From Pristiophorus japonicus (Eukaryota), in NCBI RefSeq assembly GCF_044704955.1, contig NC_091983.1:79608001-79672000 (forward strand): 64,000 nt of DNA. Reading direction: 5' to 3'. Shown here piece by piece: positions 11,233-24,545 of the stretch (the stretch's first letter is position 1; each line of letters begins with the position of its first letter). The translations under genes were made by a program, and so were the position numbers. The notes beneath the pieces were generated by a model. It saw only the letters and a program-made list of their open reading frames with translations, made no database searches and was not told where the DNA came from.

Positions 11233-12410
11233 ACAACAGCAGCAACAACTTAGATTTATTTTGCACTTTTAACATAGTAGAACGTCCCACGGCACTTCAT
11301 AGGAGCTTTATCAAACAAAATTTGACCCTGAGCGACAGATGACCAAAAGCTTGTTCAAAGAGGTAAGTTTTAAGGGGCATCTTCAAGGAGGAGAGAGAAT
11401 AGGGAGGTGGAGCAGTTTAGGGCAAGAATTTCTGAGTTTAGAACCTAGACAGCTGAAAGTACGGCCATCACTGGTGGACGATTAAATCGGGGATGCAGAA
11501 GAGGCTAGAATTGGAGGAGTGCAAAGATCTCCGAGGGTTGTAGGGCTGGAGGTGATTAGAGATAGGGAGAGGTGAGGCCATGGAGGAATTTGAAAATGAG
11601 GATGAGAGTTTCAAAATTGAGATGGTGCCAGACTGAGAGCCAATGTAGGTCAGTGAGCATGGGTGATGGGTGAGCAGGACTTGGTGTGACTTAGGGCAAT
11701 GGCAGCAGATTTTGGATGACCTCAAATTTATGGAATGTGGATGATGGGAGTTCAGCCAGGAGAGCATTGGAACAGTCAAATCTAGTGGAAACAAAGGTAT
11801 GAATGAGGGTTTCAGTAGCAGTTGAGCTGAGGCAGGGGTTGTGTAGGGCGATATTGCAAAGGCGGAAATAAGTGGTCTTGGTGCGGATCTTTGGTTGGAA
11901 GTTCATCTCGGGGTCACATACGACACCAAGATTGCGAACAATCTGGTTCAGCCTCAGACAGTTACCAGAGAGAGGGATGGAGTCAGTGGCTAGGGAATGG
12001 AGTTTGTGGCAGGAACCAAAGACAATGGCCTCAGTCTTCCAAATACTTAGTTGAAGAAAATTTCTGCTCATCCAGCACTGGATGTCGGACAAGCAGTCTG
12101 ACAATTTAGAGACAGTGGAGAGTTCGAGAGAGGTGGTGGTGAGGTAGAGCTGGGTGTCATCAGCATACATGTGGAACCTGACATTGTGTTTTCGGATGAT
12201 GTGATGATGTGCTGAAGGGCAGCATGTAGATGAGAAATAGGAGGAGACCAAGTCTCTGGCTTTGACTGGAGAGATAAGAATGGAACCAGGCGAGTGCAGT
12301 CCCACCCTGCTGGATGACCGAGGAGAGGTGTTGGAGGAGGATGGTGTTTTCTACCATGTCAAAGGCTGCAGACCGATCGAGAAGGACGATGAGGGATAGT
12401 TTACCACAGT
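11233..12410 (-). mobile_element. L2-clade LINE fragment (RT)
   Basis: ORF 11691-12305 contains FHMYADDTQLY, WMSRNFLQL and VRNLGVV. L2-like 3' end near 11233. Confidence 0.85.
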
Positions 12411-13107
12411 CACATTTATGAATTATGGAGTTTCTAGGTTCGTGTATGTGGATGTTATTATTGGAAAATAAACACTTGTAGTTTAAATCCGACTCCTTTT
12501 GCTTTTTGTGGTATACATCAATGATTTAGACTTCAATGTAGGGGTATTAGGCTGGATAGCTCTTTTGGCTGCCACAGACATGATGGGCCGAATGGTCTCC
12601 TGTGCCATAAATTTCTGATTCTAGGACAGGGAATTGCATGTTAAAAAAACAAAACGTGTAAATGCAGCAGTAAAGAACAGACCAGTTAATGATTTATTGT
12701 TCTGATTTTTATTTCATATTTCCATTATTTGCAGTTTTTTTACTTTGACTTAAACTCCTTTTTTAAAAAAAAAAAGCCATTTGTAATCAACCATTTTTGA
12801 GGTTTGTGTTTAAACTCAGTGCAGACACAAGGGGCTGAATGGACTCCTTTTGTGCTGTATTATTCTATGATAGAAATGTCACATGGGGTAGGGATTATCT
12901 TGCACACAATCAAGAGTTGGTGCAAAGATCAATTAATGGTCAAATATTTTGATGCCAAGAAAGTGAGTAGGGAGATTAGTGGATCTGTAAGGCTATACAA
13001 TTGCACAAAGATGCTCTTAAATTGTCTTTCTGTTGACTAAAGTCTCTTCTCAGTCATGATCTTGAGAAGACATGTATTAAGAAGTTAAAGACACACAAGC
13101 TTGTTTA

Positions 13108-13524
13108 CAGGTGCAGCGTTGAGAATCCGGAACCCTCGGGACCAAGGCCGTTCCGGATTCCGGACATTTCCGGACTTTTGATCGTCTTTTTTCCGGATTT
13201 CAGAACGTCAGAAAAGGGGGAGGAGGGAGGAAAGAGAGGAGGGTGGGGAGCAAGGAGTTGTTTGGGCTGGCCGGCCCCGTTGAGAAGGTTGTCGGGCGGG
13301 GCTCCGCTGAGTTGTTCGAGCCGGCCGGCTCCGTCGTGGAGGAGGTGTTTGGGCGGGCCGGAGGCCCCGAGGTAAGGGCAGCGGGGGCGAGGCTCGAGGT
13401 CGGGCAGCGTCGGAGGGTCCGGATTCCGGAACATTTTACGGATTCCGCACGACCCTGCTGTCGATTGGTCCGGATTCCGTAACATTCCGGATTCCAGAAC
13501 TCCGGACTCTCGATGCTGCACCTG
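13108..13524. mobile_element. Tc1/mariner(pogo)-type MITE
   Basis: TA|CAGGTGCAGC...GCTGCACCTG|TA, with subterminal TCCGGA repeats. Confidence 0.88.
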
Positions 13525-13787
13525 TATAGCATTTATCTTGGATGTCTACAACATCTCGATGGCTGGCTTGTTGCAAGCTGTCCTTTTAGATACTTCCACC
13601 AGGCTGACTAGGAAAGTGACTTGAGATGGTAGTTAACTTGAAGGGTGGGTATGAAAATGTCCGTTTTATGCCCTAGACTTGGTACCCACCATGAATCAAT
13701 TACAGAAAGGCAAACAGCTGCTGCTAAAGCTCTCTGAGCTGGCTGAATCATCATTCAGTGGGGTATGCCGTGTGTCTGTGCTGTAGT

Positions 13788-14950
13788 CATCATCTTCATA
13801 GGCAGTCCCTCAGAATCAAGGAAGACTTGCTTCCATTCCTATAATGAGGGGGTTCTTTGGTGGCTGAACAGTCCAATACAAGAGCCACATACTCTGTCAC
13901 AGGTAGGACAGATAGTCGTTGAGGGAAGGGTTGGGTGGGACTGGTTTGCCGCACGCTCTTTCCGCTGTCTGTGCTTGATTTCTGCATGCTCTCGGTGTCG
14001 AGACTCAAGTGCTCAGCGTCCTCCCGGATGCACTTTCTCCACATAGGACGGTCTTTGGCCACGGACTCCCAGGTGTCAGTGGGGATGTCGCACTTTATCA
14101 GGGAGGCTTTGAGGGTGCCCTTGTAACGTTTCCGCTGCCCACCTTTGGTTCGTTTGCCATGTAGGAGCTCCACGTAGAGCACTTGCTTTGGGAGTCTTGT
14201 GTCTGGCATGCGAACTATGTGGCCTGCCCAGTGGAGCTGATGTGTGGTCAATGCTTCAATGCTGGGGATGTTAACCTGGACGAGGACACTAATGTTGGTG
14301 CACCTGTCTTCCCAGGGGATTTGTAGGATCTTGCGGAGACATCGTTGGTGATATATCTCCAGCGACTTGAGGTGTCTACTGAAAATAGTCCATGTCTCTC
14401 AGCCATACAGCAGGGCGGGTATTACTACAGCCCTGTAGACTGTGAGCTTGGTGGTAGATTTGAGGCACTGGCGCACTGGATGCGATGTTGAATCTCCTCA
14501 TCAATGGCTGCTTTTGTTGATAAGAGGCTCCCGAGGTATGGGAAATGGTCCACGTTGTCAAGGGCTGCGCGGTGGATCTTGCTGACTGGGGGGCCGTGCT
14601 GTGCAGCGAGGACAGGCTGATGAAGGACCTTTGTCTTATGGATGTTTAGTGTAAGGCCCATGCTTTCGTATGCTTCAGTAAATACGTTATCTATAACCTG
14701 GAGTTCAGCCTCAGAATGTGCGCAGATGCAGGCGTCGTCCACGTACTGTAGCTGAACGATAGAGGTTGGTGTGATCTTGAACCTGGCCTGGAGGCAGCGA
14801 AGGTTAAACAGCTTCCCACTGGTTCAGTAGTTTCGTTCACTCCAGCGGGGAGTTGACTGTGAGGTGGAGCATGGCAGCGAGGAAGATTGAGAGGAGGGTT
14901 AAAGCGATGACGCAGCCCTGTTTGTCCATGGTCCGGATGTGGATTGGGTC
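13788..14950 (-). mobile_element. RTE LINE 3' fragment
   Basis: ORFs with HFPYLGS, WAGHIVRMPDTRLPKQ and GGQRKRYK; (CAT)n tail. Confidence 0.9.
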
Positions 14951-14961
14951 TAATGGTAAGA

Positions 14962-16160
14962 TAGGAATATCAGAACAGGAGTAGGTCATTTAGCCCCTCG
15001 AGTCAATTCTGTCATTCAGTGAGTTCAAGGCTGTTCTGCGGCCTAACTCCATGTACCCACCTTTGCCCCATATCCATTAATACCTTTGATTAACAAAAAT
15101 CTATCAATCTCGGATTTAAAATTAATAATTGATCTAGCATCAATTGTTGTTTGTGGAAGAGAGTTCCAAACTTCTACCACCCTTTGTGTGTAGAAATACT
15201 TCCTAATTTCACTCCTGAAAGATCTGGCTTTAATTTTTTTTAAGAGTATGCCCCCTAATTCTAGACTCACCACCTAGCAGAAATAGTTTCTCTCTATCAA
15301 CCCTATCTGTTTCCCTTAATATCTTGAAAACTTCAATCAAATCCCCTCTTAACCTTCTAAATTCTGGGGAATACATCTCTAGTGTGGACTCATATAAAGG
15401 AATGCCAGCACAGATTTGTTAAAGGCAAATCGTGTTTAACTAACTTGGTTGAGTTTTTTAATTAGGTAACAGAGAGGATTGATTAAGGCAATGTGGTTGA
15501 TGTGGTGTACATGGACTTCCAAAAGGCATTTGATAAATGCCAGCAAAGTTGAAGCCCATGGAGTAAACGTTACGGTGGCAGCATGGATACGAAATTGGCT
15601 ACGTGACAGGAAACAGAGAGCAGTAGTGAACGATTGTTTGTTGGACTTGAGGAAGATACACAGTAGTATTCCTCAAAGGTCGGTACTAGAACCACTGCTT
15701 TTCTTGATATATATTAATGACAGACTTGGGTGTACAGGTCACAATTTCAAAATTTGCAGATGATACAAACGAGGAGAAGAACCAAAGGCAACATGAGGAA
15801 AAACTTTTTTATGCAGCCAGTGGTTATGATCTGGAATGCACTGCATGAAAGGGATGTGGAGGCAGATTCAATTGTGGCTTTCAAAAGGGAATTGGAAAAG
15901 TACCTGAAGGAAAAAAAATGCAGGTCTATGGGAAAAGGGCGGGGCGTGGGCCTAGCTGAAGTGTTCTTGTAGAGAGCCAGCATAGGCTCGACAGGCCAAA
16001 TGGCCACCTGTGCTGTAACCATTCAATGATTTGAGTAATCTTTCCTCGTAATTAAACCCTTTGAGTGCAGGTATCATTCTGGTAAACCTACGCTGCACTC
16101 CCTCCAAGGTCAATATATCCTATAATACAAGGGGATAGAAGTTATGCTGCAGCTATACAA
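14962..16160. mobile_element. Rearranged CR1 fragments in both orientations
   Basis: Minus-strand 3' end at ~14962-15380, plus-strand RT and 3' pieces at ~15385-16030, minus strand resumes at ~16035-16120, short plus piece at ~16121-16160. Confidence 0.75.
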
Positions 16161-16164
16161 AAAC

Positions 16165-19100
16165 GTTTCTGGCTTTCTCAAAAGCAATTACTTGGTTTTT
16201 TTCCCCATACCCAGTTCTCACCTTTACGCAATAACACATGTAGGGGCTCTAAGAGGGTGCTTAACCCCGGTAGGAAGTTACCAAAATAGTTGAGGAGTCC
16301 CAGGAACGACCGCAGCTCCGTGACATTCTGTGGCCTGGGCACATTCCTGATAGCCTCTGTCTTGGCGTCTGTGGGCCGAATGCCATCCGCCGCGATCTTT
16401 CTCCCAAAAACTCCACTTCTGTTGCCATGAAGACGCATTTCGATCTCTTCAGCCGCAGCCCTACGCGAACCAATCGCTGGAGGACCTCCTCCAGGCTTTG
16501 TAGGTGCTCGGCAGTGTCCCGATCTGTGATTATTATGTCATCCTGAAAATCCACCGTGCATGATACCGACTTGAGTAAGCTCTCCATGTTTCTCTGGAAG
16601 ATCGCTGCAGCCAACCGACCGAATTCCAAATGGTCATCTGTTGTAGATGAACAGTCCCTTGTGCGTGTTGATGCAAGTGAGGCCCTTCGAAGATTCCTCC
16701 AGCTCCTGTGTCATGTAGGCCGAAGTCAGGTCGAGCTTGGTGAACATCTTGCCTCCTGCCAGCGTCGCAAATCGGTCGTCTGCTTTAGGTAGCGGATATT
16801 GGTCCTGTAGCGAGAAACGATTAATAGTTACTTTATAATCGCTGCAAATCCTGACCGTGCCATCGCTTTTGAGTACTGGAACAATCGGGCTAGCCCACCT
16901 GCTGAATTCCACTGGGGAGATGATGCCCTCACATTGCAGCCTGTCCAGCTCGATTTCCACTCTCTCCCTCATCATGTGAGGTACCGCTCGCGCCTTGTGA
17001 TGAATGGGCCGTGCCTCTGGGACCAAGTGGATCCGCCCCTTCGCCGTGGAAAAGTTACCAATGCCTGGCTCAAAAAGGAAAGGAAATTTGTTAAGAACCT
17101 GGGTATATGAGGCCTCATCGACATGTGATAGTGCTCAGATGTCATCCCAGTTCCAGCGGATTTTGCCCAGCCAGCTCCTTCCAAGCAATGTGGGGCCATC
17201 ACCCGGGACAATCCAGAGTGGCAGTTCGTGCACCGTGCCCTCGTAGGTGACGTTGACCATGGCGCTACCCAGGAAAGTGATGAGCTCTTTGGTGTACATT
17301 CTCAGTTTCGTGTGGATGGGGCTCAGGGCTGATCTGAGTGCCTTGTTGCACAACAGTCTCTCAAACATCTTTTTACTCATGATGGATTGGCTAGCGCCAG
17401 TGTCCAGTTCCACGGCTATGGGTAAGCCATTCAATTTTACATTTAGCATTGTAGGTGGACATTTCGTCGAAAACGTGTGCACCCTGTGTTTAGCGTTAGT
17501 GTTTTCTTAGAAGAATCACTCAACACTCAGGGTCGGTTCCAATGCTGAAGCAGCTTTTATTACGCTCAGCGGGAAGGAAAAACTCAGGACCGTATCCAGG
17601 TTTCTCTTCACAGAACAAAGAGTTACATGTACCTTTATATGTTTCACAACAGTTACAAAACAGTTTACTACAGTTACACAGCCCATCACGGCTGGACACA
17701 AGCCAATCACAACGATTATAGATTACATATAGGTTCTTTTAACCCAATAGAATTCTCCTAGTATCCAGGGAACCATTGTCAACTTGGGCTGATCGATGAC
17801 TTTATATGTTCTCTCCCTAGTTCTTTCATCTGGGAGAAATAATTGGTTTGTAGCCTTGTTTACAGCAAATGGCTTCCCTCTTATCTTTCTTCCTGGGGAA
17901 TTAATTGGTTTATGGCCTTGTTCACAGGAGATGGTTTCCTTCTTATCTCTGTCTTCCCAGGCATTCCTACAGTGGGCCTCACAGGGTTATTGCTCGGTCA
18001 GTGAACGTTCAACAGTTCACAGTTTGACTACCTGGTTTCCCATCATGCCTGGGCAGCCATTTTATGTGTGTGTCCATTTAAGCTTATGTGAGTTTTAAAT
18101 ATCCAGCAGGTGCCTAATGCCTAAGTCTATATATATCTTTCGACTCTCTACAACACTGTGTACTTCAGCATCTGCCTCCTCTCTCTGAGGCTCGAACTTG
18201 CTTTGATCTTCCGATCTTCCTCTGCCACGTGGTGATTAGCAGGTCTTGCAGAGCTTGCAGCTCATCTGCAATTTCATTGGAGGTGCCCCATTGTTCCACA
18301 GCTCTTGCAAACATACCCCTTGAAGCAGCATAAATAGACTGAATGGAAGCCTCCACAACGCCAACAAGGTGTGAATTGCCTTGCATTCATCCTTTGTTGC
18401 GGACTCTGAGTCACCTGGGTCACCTGAGGCCTGCTGGCAGTTGCAGACTCGTTTCTGCCCTGTACATTTCTGCTCACAAACACAGTTCCAGTTAATTTAT
18501 GAACATTGCTAGCCCTTGTGCTGAGAAATTTGTTTGGTGTTATCACTAGTGGACATAAACGCCTGTGCTATGGCAATGGCCTTACTGAGGGTCGATGTCG
18601 CTACAGTCAAAAGTTTTCTTGGATGGTCTCGTGCCCAATGCCCAGTACAAAAAAGTCTCTCAGCATCTGCTCCAGGTAGCCATCAAACTCACATTGTCCT
18701 GCAAGTCGCCTTAGCTTGGCGACGTAGCTCGCCACTTCCTGACCTTCAGATCGTTGGCACGTGGAGAACCGATACCTCGCCATCAGCACGCTCTCCCTCG
18801 GGTTAAGATGCTCCCGAACAAGTGTCCACAGCTCCTCATACGACTTATCTGTGGGTTTCACCGGAGCCAGAAGATTCTTCATGAGGCTGTAGGTCTGTGC
18901 CCCGCACACCGTGAGGAGGACCGCTCTCCTTTTTGCAGCGCTTCCTTCTCCGTCCAGCTCGTTGGCTACAAAGTACTGGTCTAGCCGTTCGACATAGGCT
19001 TCCCAGTCCTCATCCTCCAAGAACTTCTCCAGGATGCCCACAGTTTGCTACATCTTTGCATTGGATTCGTATACTCATCGCAGTCCTAATACAGATGAGA

Positions 19101-19286
19101 CTGCACACAGGGAGGTTAAAGTAACAGTGACCTCAGTCTTTATTAAGACACTCCAGGGTGAGGAACAGGTCTTTGGGGCCGGCATATATGCAGTGCTCCC
19201 AAGGGATGCTGGGATCCCTTGGAACTTCAGGGGATGCGCTCCGTGGTGGCGGAACATGGGAGTGCATGCTTTACAGATACACAACA
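16165..19286 (-). mobile_element. Gypsy LTR retrotransposon (K02A2.6-like), 3'-truncated: 5' LTR, gag, protease, RT
   Basis: LTR ~19083-19286 starts TGTTGTG. Degenerate PBS tgcgatgag. gag WEAYVERLDQYFVAN with a CWRCGG knuckle; protease ELDTGAS; RT WASPIVPV, KLDLTSAY, FQDDI, LRSFLGLLNYF. Confidence 0.93.
17489..18155 (-). mobile_element. Solo LTR (~670 bp) of a different LTR element, inserted between Gypsy gag and protease
   Basis: CTGTG direct repeat at 17484-17488 and 18156-18160. The minus strand starts TGTTGTAG and has TATAAA (17634-17639) and AATAAA (17556-17561) in U3-R-U5 order. Confidence 0.8.
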
Positions 19287-19289
19287 ATA

Positions 19290-19880
19290 GGCATCTATAT
19301 ATAAAGGCCAGCATTCCATTAGCCTTTTTGATTATTTTCTATACCTATTCATGAAATTTTAATGATCTATGTACCTGGATGCCCTTTAGCTTTTCACCAT
19401 TTAGAAAGTAACCTGTTCTATCCTTTTGAGGTCCAAAGTGAATTCCTCACATTTGCCTACATTGAAATCCATTTGCCAGTGTTGCCCATTTGCTTAATCT
19501 ATCGATATCTTTGTAATTTTATACTTCCATGTACATTGCTTACAATGCTGTCTATCTTTGTGTCATCTGCAAATTTGCAAATGTGACTTTTTATCCCATT
19601 ATCAAAGTTGTTAATAAATATGGTGAATAGTTGAGGCACTAACACGTCCTTGCAGGACACCACTAGTCACATCCTGCCAATTTGAGTTCCTGCTCATTAT
19701 CCCTACACTCTGTCTTCTGCCGCTCAGCCAATTTCCTAACCAGGTCAATAATTTACCTTCAATTCCATGGGCTTCAACTTTTTAGTTACTAGTCTCTTAT
19801 GAGGGACTTTATCAAATGCCTCTGGAAGTCCATATAAATAACATTCCCCTGTACACTATTTTAGTCACCTCTTCACCTCT
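19290..19880 (-). mobile_element. CR1 RT fragment (host of the Gypsy insertion)
   Basis: Reverse complement of KFADDTK- and DFQ.AFDKV-type RT sequence. Continues the fragment at ~16035-16120. Confidence 0.75.
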
Positions 19881-20430
19881 GGATCATGTACAGTAGACAC
19901 CAAGTCGCTGGAGAAATACTACCAACGATGTCTCCGCAAGATCCTGCAAATCCCCTGGGAGAACAAACGCAACAACATTAGTGTCCTCGACTAGGCCAAC
20001 ATCCGAAGCATTGAAGCACTGACCACACTCGATTAGCTCCGCTGGGCAGGCGCATTGTTCGCATGCCAGACATGAGACTCCCAAAGCAAGCGCTCGACTC
20101 TGAACTCCTTCACGGCAAACAAGCCAAAGGTGGGCAGAGGAAATGTTTCAAGGACACCCTCAAAGCCTCTCTGATAAAATGCAACATCCCCACCGACACC
20201 TGGGAGTCTCTGACCAAAGACCACCCTAAGTGGAGGAAATGCATCCGGGAGGGCGCTGAGCACCTCGAGTCTCATCGCCAAGAACCTGCAGAAATCAACG
20301 CAGGCAGCAGAAAGAGCGTGCGGCAAACCAGTCCCACCCGCCCTTTCCCTCAACGACTGTCTGTCCCACCTGTGACAGGGACTGTTGTTCTCGTATTGGA
20401 CTGTTCAGTCACCTAAGGACTCATTTTTAC
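19881..20430 (+). mobile_element. RTE LINE 3' fragment
   Basis: MPDMRLPKQALDSELLHGKQAKGGQRKCFKDTLK. Confidence 0.88.
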
Positions 20431-21993
20431 AGCGGATTGTTGGTTGACTGAGCAGTCAGCCAATTTCCTTAATGGTCGGGTAGACCTGTCGCTGGATTCT
20501 TCCCACTTGGCCTGAGGTAATATCAGCATGCCAGTGCTCCAACTTGTAGCTGGTCCTAATTGAACAACCAGCAGGAAGCGTACCCATATTTTGTGCTGAT
20601 GGGCCTTGGCTGTTGTGGTCTTCGCACTTGAATAAGTGGGGTGTGTCCCCATCAGGAAAGAGTGTGCACCCCATATCAGATAAACTGAATCAATGCCTCT
20701 CTGGATGTCTTCGTGGCTTGTTTTGAAGACAGTTGAGTATGATGGTGGATTCATGTGCTCGTCAGATGTATATGCTTAATAGAATAATGACAATGTTGCT
20801 CCCTGACGTGGTCTTGCATTTGAAAGCAAATACAGAATTTATGCTGTTTTGGTTGTCACCGTGCCACACACATTTTGCAGCATTGTGAAGCAGGAGAAAA
20901 TATGCACTCCAACCACTCAATTTAAAAGTTTTGCTACCTCTTCAATCTATGAATTAGGTTAATAATGTGGCATTTTTAAAGTCAAAGGTATACCCTTTGC
21001 TCAGGACATGTTTAGTTATTTGTAGCCATCAAGTCTTAGTCATTGTTACAATTCCTCACAAAATTCTTAGCACACTTATTCTTGAGGGAGAGTGCTTTGA
21101 TTTTGTCTTGTGTAATTGCATTGCCAGTACCTGTACAAAACAGAAGCACTGTGGCTAGATTGCATAATCCTTGGATACTATTTTTAATGTACATTTGAAG
21201 TCTCAATAGACTGATAGTTTAAATTCAATTAAAGTTCACTGCATTATAAGGATTATCAAGTTCATAAGTCCCTGCATACTGTTGTCAGTGATTGGGTCCA
21301 ACTAGTTCCATACTGTATGCTAATTCACTAATTTTCCGAGAAGGAGCCTGAATTGTTTCCTACAGAGCATTATTACCATGTTCAGATTTAACCCTTGCTT
21401 CACTTCAGATGAGTTTATTTATTCAACAACGGCCTCTTTCTGTTTGCTGCAGCAAACACTGAACTTGTTGCATCAATGCAACCATATCAACCGCTAGTTC
21501 TTTGTCATATAATTGGTTGAAACAGTCTCCAAAGGCTAGTTTTCAGCCAACCCAATGTTTTTTTTAAGTTGCTCTCATCTCCAAAATGGGTATAATAGGC
21601 ATTGGGGAGCAGGGAAGAATAGAAAAGTAAAAATTTAAAATAAGTAAAGTTAGAAGGTTTTAGAGAAAAAATAAAGGGAGGAGTTTTGCTTCAAACTACA
21701 TGCCCATTTTGTACAAGAAAATGTTTCATGCTTTAGTAAAAATGGAAATGTTCTCACTGCTGTGTAGACCAACAAGTCTGATCTCCATCCCTGCTCCGCT
21801 GCTTTGCTGGTGTCACTGAATGCACCTGGATCTTGGACCTGTTATCAACTGGGAATTCTGCAATCCAGCCAATAGGGTTTAATGGCCCCAGAGCAGCTGT
21901 CTGGCCAATTTGAAGATGTGGACTCCACTGTTCTTGTGAAATGCCTAGGGACTCATAATCTCCCCATTGGTAACAACACAAGCTGGGAGACCT

Positions 21994-22525
21994 TGTAATG
22001 TAGAGCTCCACCTAGTGGACTACTGCTCCACCTAGTGGACTAATGTGGTAATGCAACTGCTGATGTAAACACAATAAAAGCATCATGTGACAAACATGAC
22101 AAGTTCCTGTGCCATGGAGCTGTGTAGTGTGCTTAGTGATGTCGTAAGGATATATCACATTGGCGATGAAAATAGGATAATCGGATTCCTTAGCTGAAAT
22201 TTGTGTTGGTGGCTGTTCCAGCCAACCAACAGAGAGACTTTGAGAGGTACTTTGTTTTGCAGCACAGCTAAAAATCCAAGGTAAATTACAAGTACATTTG
22301 GTTGAACTGAAGAGTCGAGATGGTTGCACCTATGGGAATAAAAGGGCACTTGGATGAGTTCTGTCATGACCGAGACACTTTCGGAGCGTATGTGGAGTGG
22401 CTAGAAATGTTTTTCACCACAAATAGTATCGTCAAAGTCCCCGATGATGAAAACTGTATCTGGGTGGCTTTAGAAAGAAAACAGGTGTGTAGTGTGCTTA
22501 GTGATGTCATAAGGAATATATCACA
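21994..22525 (+). mobile_element. Internally deleted Gypsy element (5' LTR, PBS, gag start, end of 3' LTR)
   Basis: LTR TGTAAT...ATCACA (21994-22159), PBS TGGCGATGA (22161), gag-like DTFGAYVEWLEMFF, and a repeat of the LTR end at ~22485-22525. Flanks GACCT/GACGT. Confidence 0.8.
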
Positions 22526-23653
22526 GACGTGACTTGTGATCTCCATGGTGGTAAGAAAATTGAAGCTTTTGGAAAATTCTGCTGTCTTTTTTCCAAAATG
22601 GAGGAGTATTTTTTTCTTTCCAAATAAAATTGCATTTTAATTCTTTTGTTAGTTCAATATTAGTTTTATCCTGTTTTGAATGATGACCCCCCCCCCCCCC
22701 CCCGCCGGATAAAATACAACTAGTCAAATCAGGGAGGCAGGAATTCTCCCCAAACAAAAGCTTAATAGCTGTTGGTGAATGCAATGACGAGAACGTGCCC
22801 AAAAGGATACACAAGTCCTATAAAAAGAGACTTGTCAAGTATTGTGATACAGAAGCAATGTATGCACTGCATAATGTGCACCAGTGTAGGCTCATCTTTA
22901 TTTTATTTGTGTGGTGCCACAGTCTGCACCTGTAATATTGTGGCTTCTTTTCCATAGCTCACTCTGTGCGGAAATCATTTGTTGTGCAATCAGATCTTAT
23001 GACCACATTCTCAGTTATAAGAATATCGTTCCAATAAACCAGTGTGAGTGCAGTACAGTGCAAAAGCAATAACTGAATAGCTTTAGTGTTTCCCAAGTTC
23101 ATTTTCCAGATTTTTGTTCACATTGAAGAATGAAAGGTGTCTGGAGCAACCACTGCTAAATTTTTGTAAGGCAATTCAGCATGTTGATGCCTTTTTAAAC
23201 ATGTGTTCGTTCTAGCTGGAAGTGTTTCATTTATCAAAGCAGATCATTTCTATTGACCTGCTCCATCTTGTTTGATGTTTCCATTAGCACATTATGAGGT
23301 ACTGAATCCAAAGCGTTATCATGTGTGAAATAAGCTGTACACTGGTGTAGCAATCCTAAAAGTGAGTATACTATATGGCACATATGGAATTTATTTCTTG
23401 GGGTTTCTGAAAATGTTCATGTGTATGCGAACTGGATACAAATGTTGCAAGTTTTCTTCGTTGTTTACAAACCAACTGATTTGGTAAATGATATGTATGA
23501 CGACCAATTATTCAAATCCACAAAATCCTGGCAACTGTTTTGGGGATATTTACAACATTTATATAATGCCTTTTAACATAGGAAATTTTGTCCCAATGCG
23601 CTTCTCAGAAGTGTAATGATAAAAATTGATACCAAGCCAAATAAGAAGATATT

Positions 23654-24545
23654 GGGCCCAAGTTTCGGCCTCAGTTGCTCCTGATTTTTTGGAGCAACTG
23701 GTGTAGAACGGAGTATCTTAGAAACTCAAATTCTCGGCATTTAGTTTGCTCCAGTTCTAGTCAGTTAGAACAGTTTCGCTTTGGAACAGAATTTTTTTTT
23801 CAAAAGGGGGCGTGTCCGGCCACTTACGTCTGTTTTCAAAGTTCCGGCAGTGAAAACTTACTCCAAACTAACTTAGAATGGAGTAAGTGAAGATTTTTGT
23901 ACGTTCGAAAAAACTTTGTCTACACTTTAGAAAATCAGGCGTAGGTTACAAATTAGGCGTAGGGAATGGTGGGGGGGGGGGTTTAAAGGGAAGTTTACCA
24001 ACATTAAACACTTCAGTTTTACAAATAAAGAGCCATCATCAATAATAAATGATAAATACATCAATAAATCAACCAATAAATCAATCAAAAAAAATTAATA
24101 AAAAATAATTTTTTAAAAAATCAATAAATAAAACATTTTCTACTTACCGACTGCAGCACCGGGAGTCCTCCGTCAGTGTCTCTATCTGTCTGTTTGTGTG
24201 TGTGTCTCTCACTCTCTGTCTGTCAGTGTCTGTGTTTCTGACAGCGAGGGGAGGGGGAGAAGGGGGGTTGGAAGGAGGGAGGTAGTGGGGGGGAAGGGGG
24301 GGGAGGGGAGGAGGGGGGGGAGAGGATGGAGGGAGGGGGGAGAGGAGAGAGGATGGAGGGAGGGGGGAGAGGAGAGAGGATGGAGGGAGGGGGGGAAGAG
24401 GATGGAGGGAGGGGGGCAGAGGATGGAGGGAGGGAAGGAAGGAGAGAGGATGGAGGGAGGGAAGGAAGGAGAGAGGGGGGAGGGAGGCTGAACGGCCAGG
24501 CCCAAGACCTCGGGCTAGATTTACAGGTAGGTGGCGTCGGGTCTC
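23654..24545. mobile_element. Truncated Harbinger-type MITE (GGGCCCAAGTTTC family) inside an old L2 fragment (~23545-24830)
   Basis: Left end homologous to the element at 26231. Internal GGA-rich repeats at ~24245-24490. Right TIR absent. Confidence 0.7.

Noticed and set aside
20430-20760. Possible Vingi/Ingi or Penelope fragment (HLNKWGVSPS)
   Set aside because: Similarity too weak to assign without a search.
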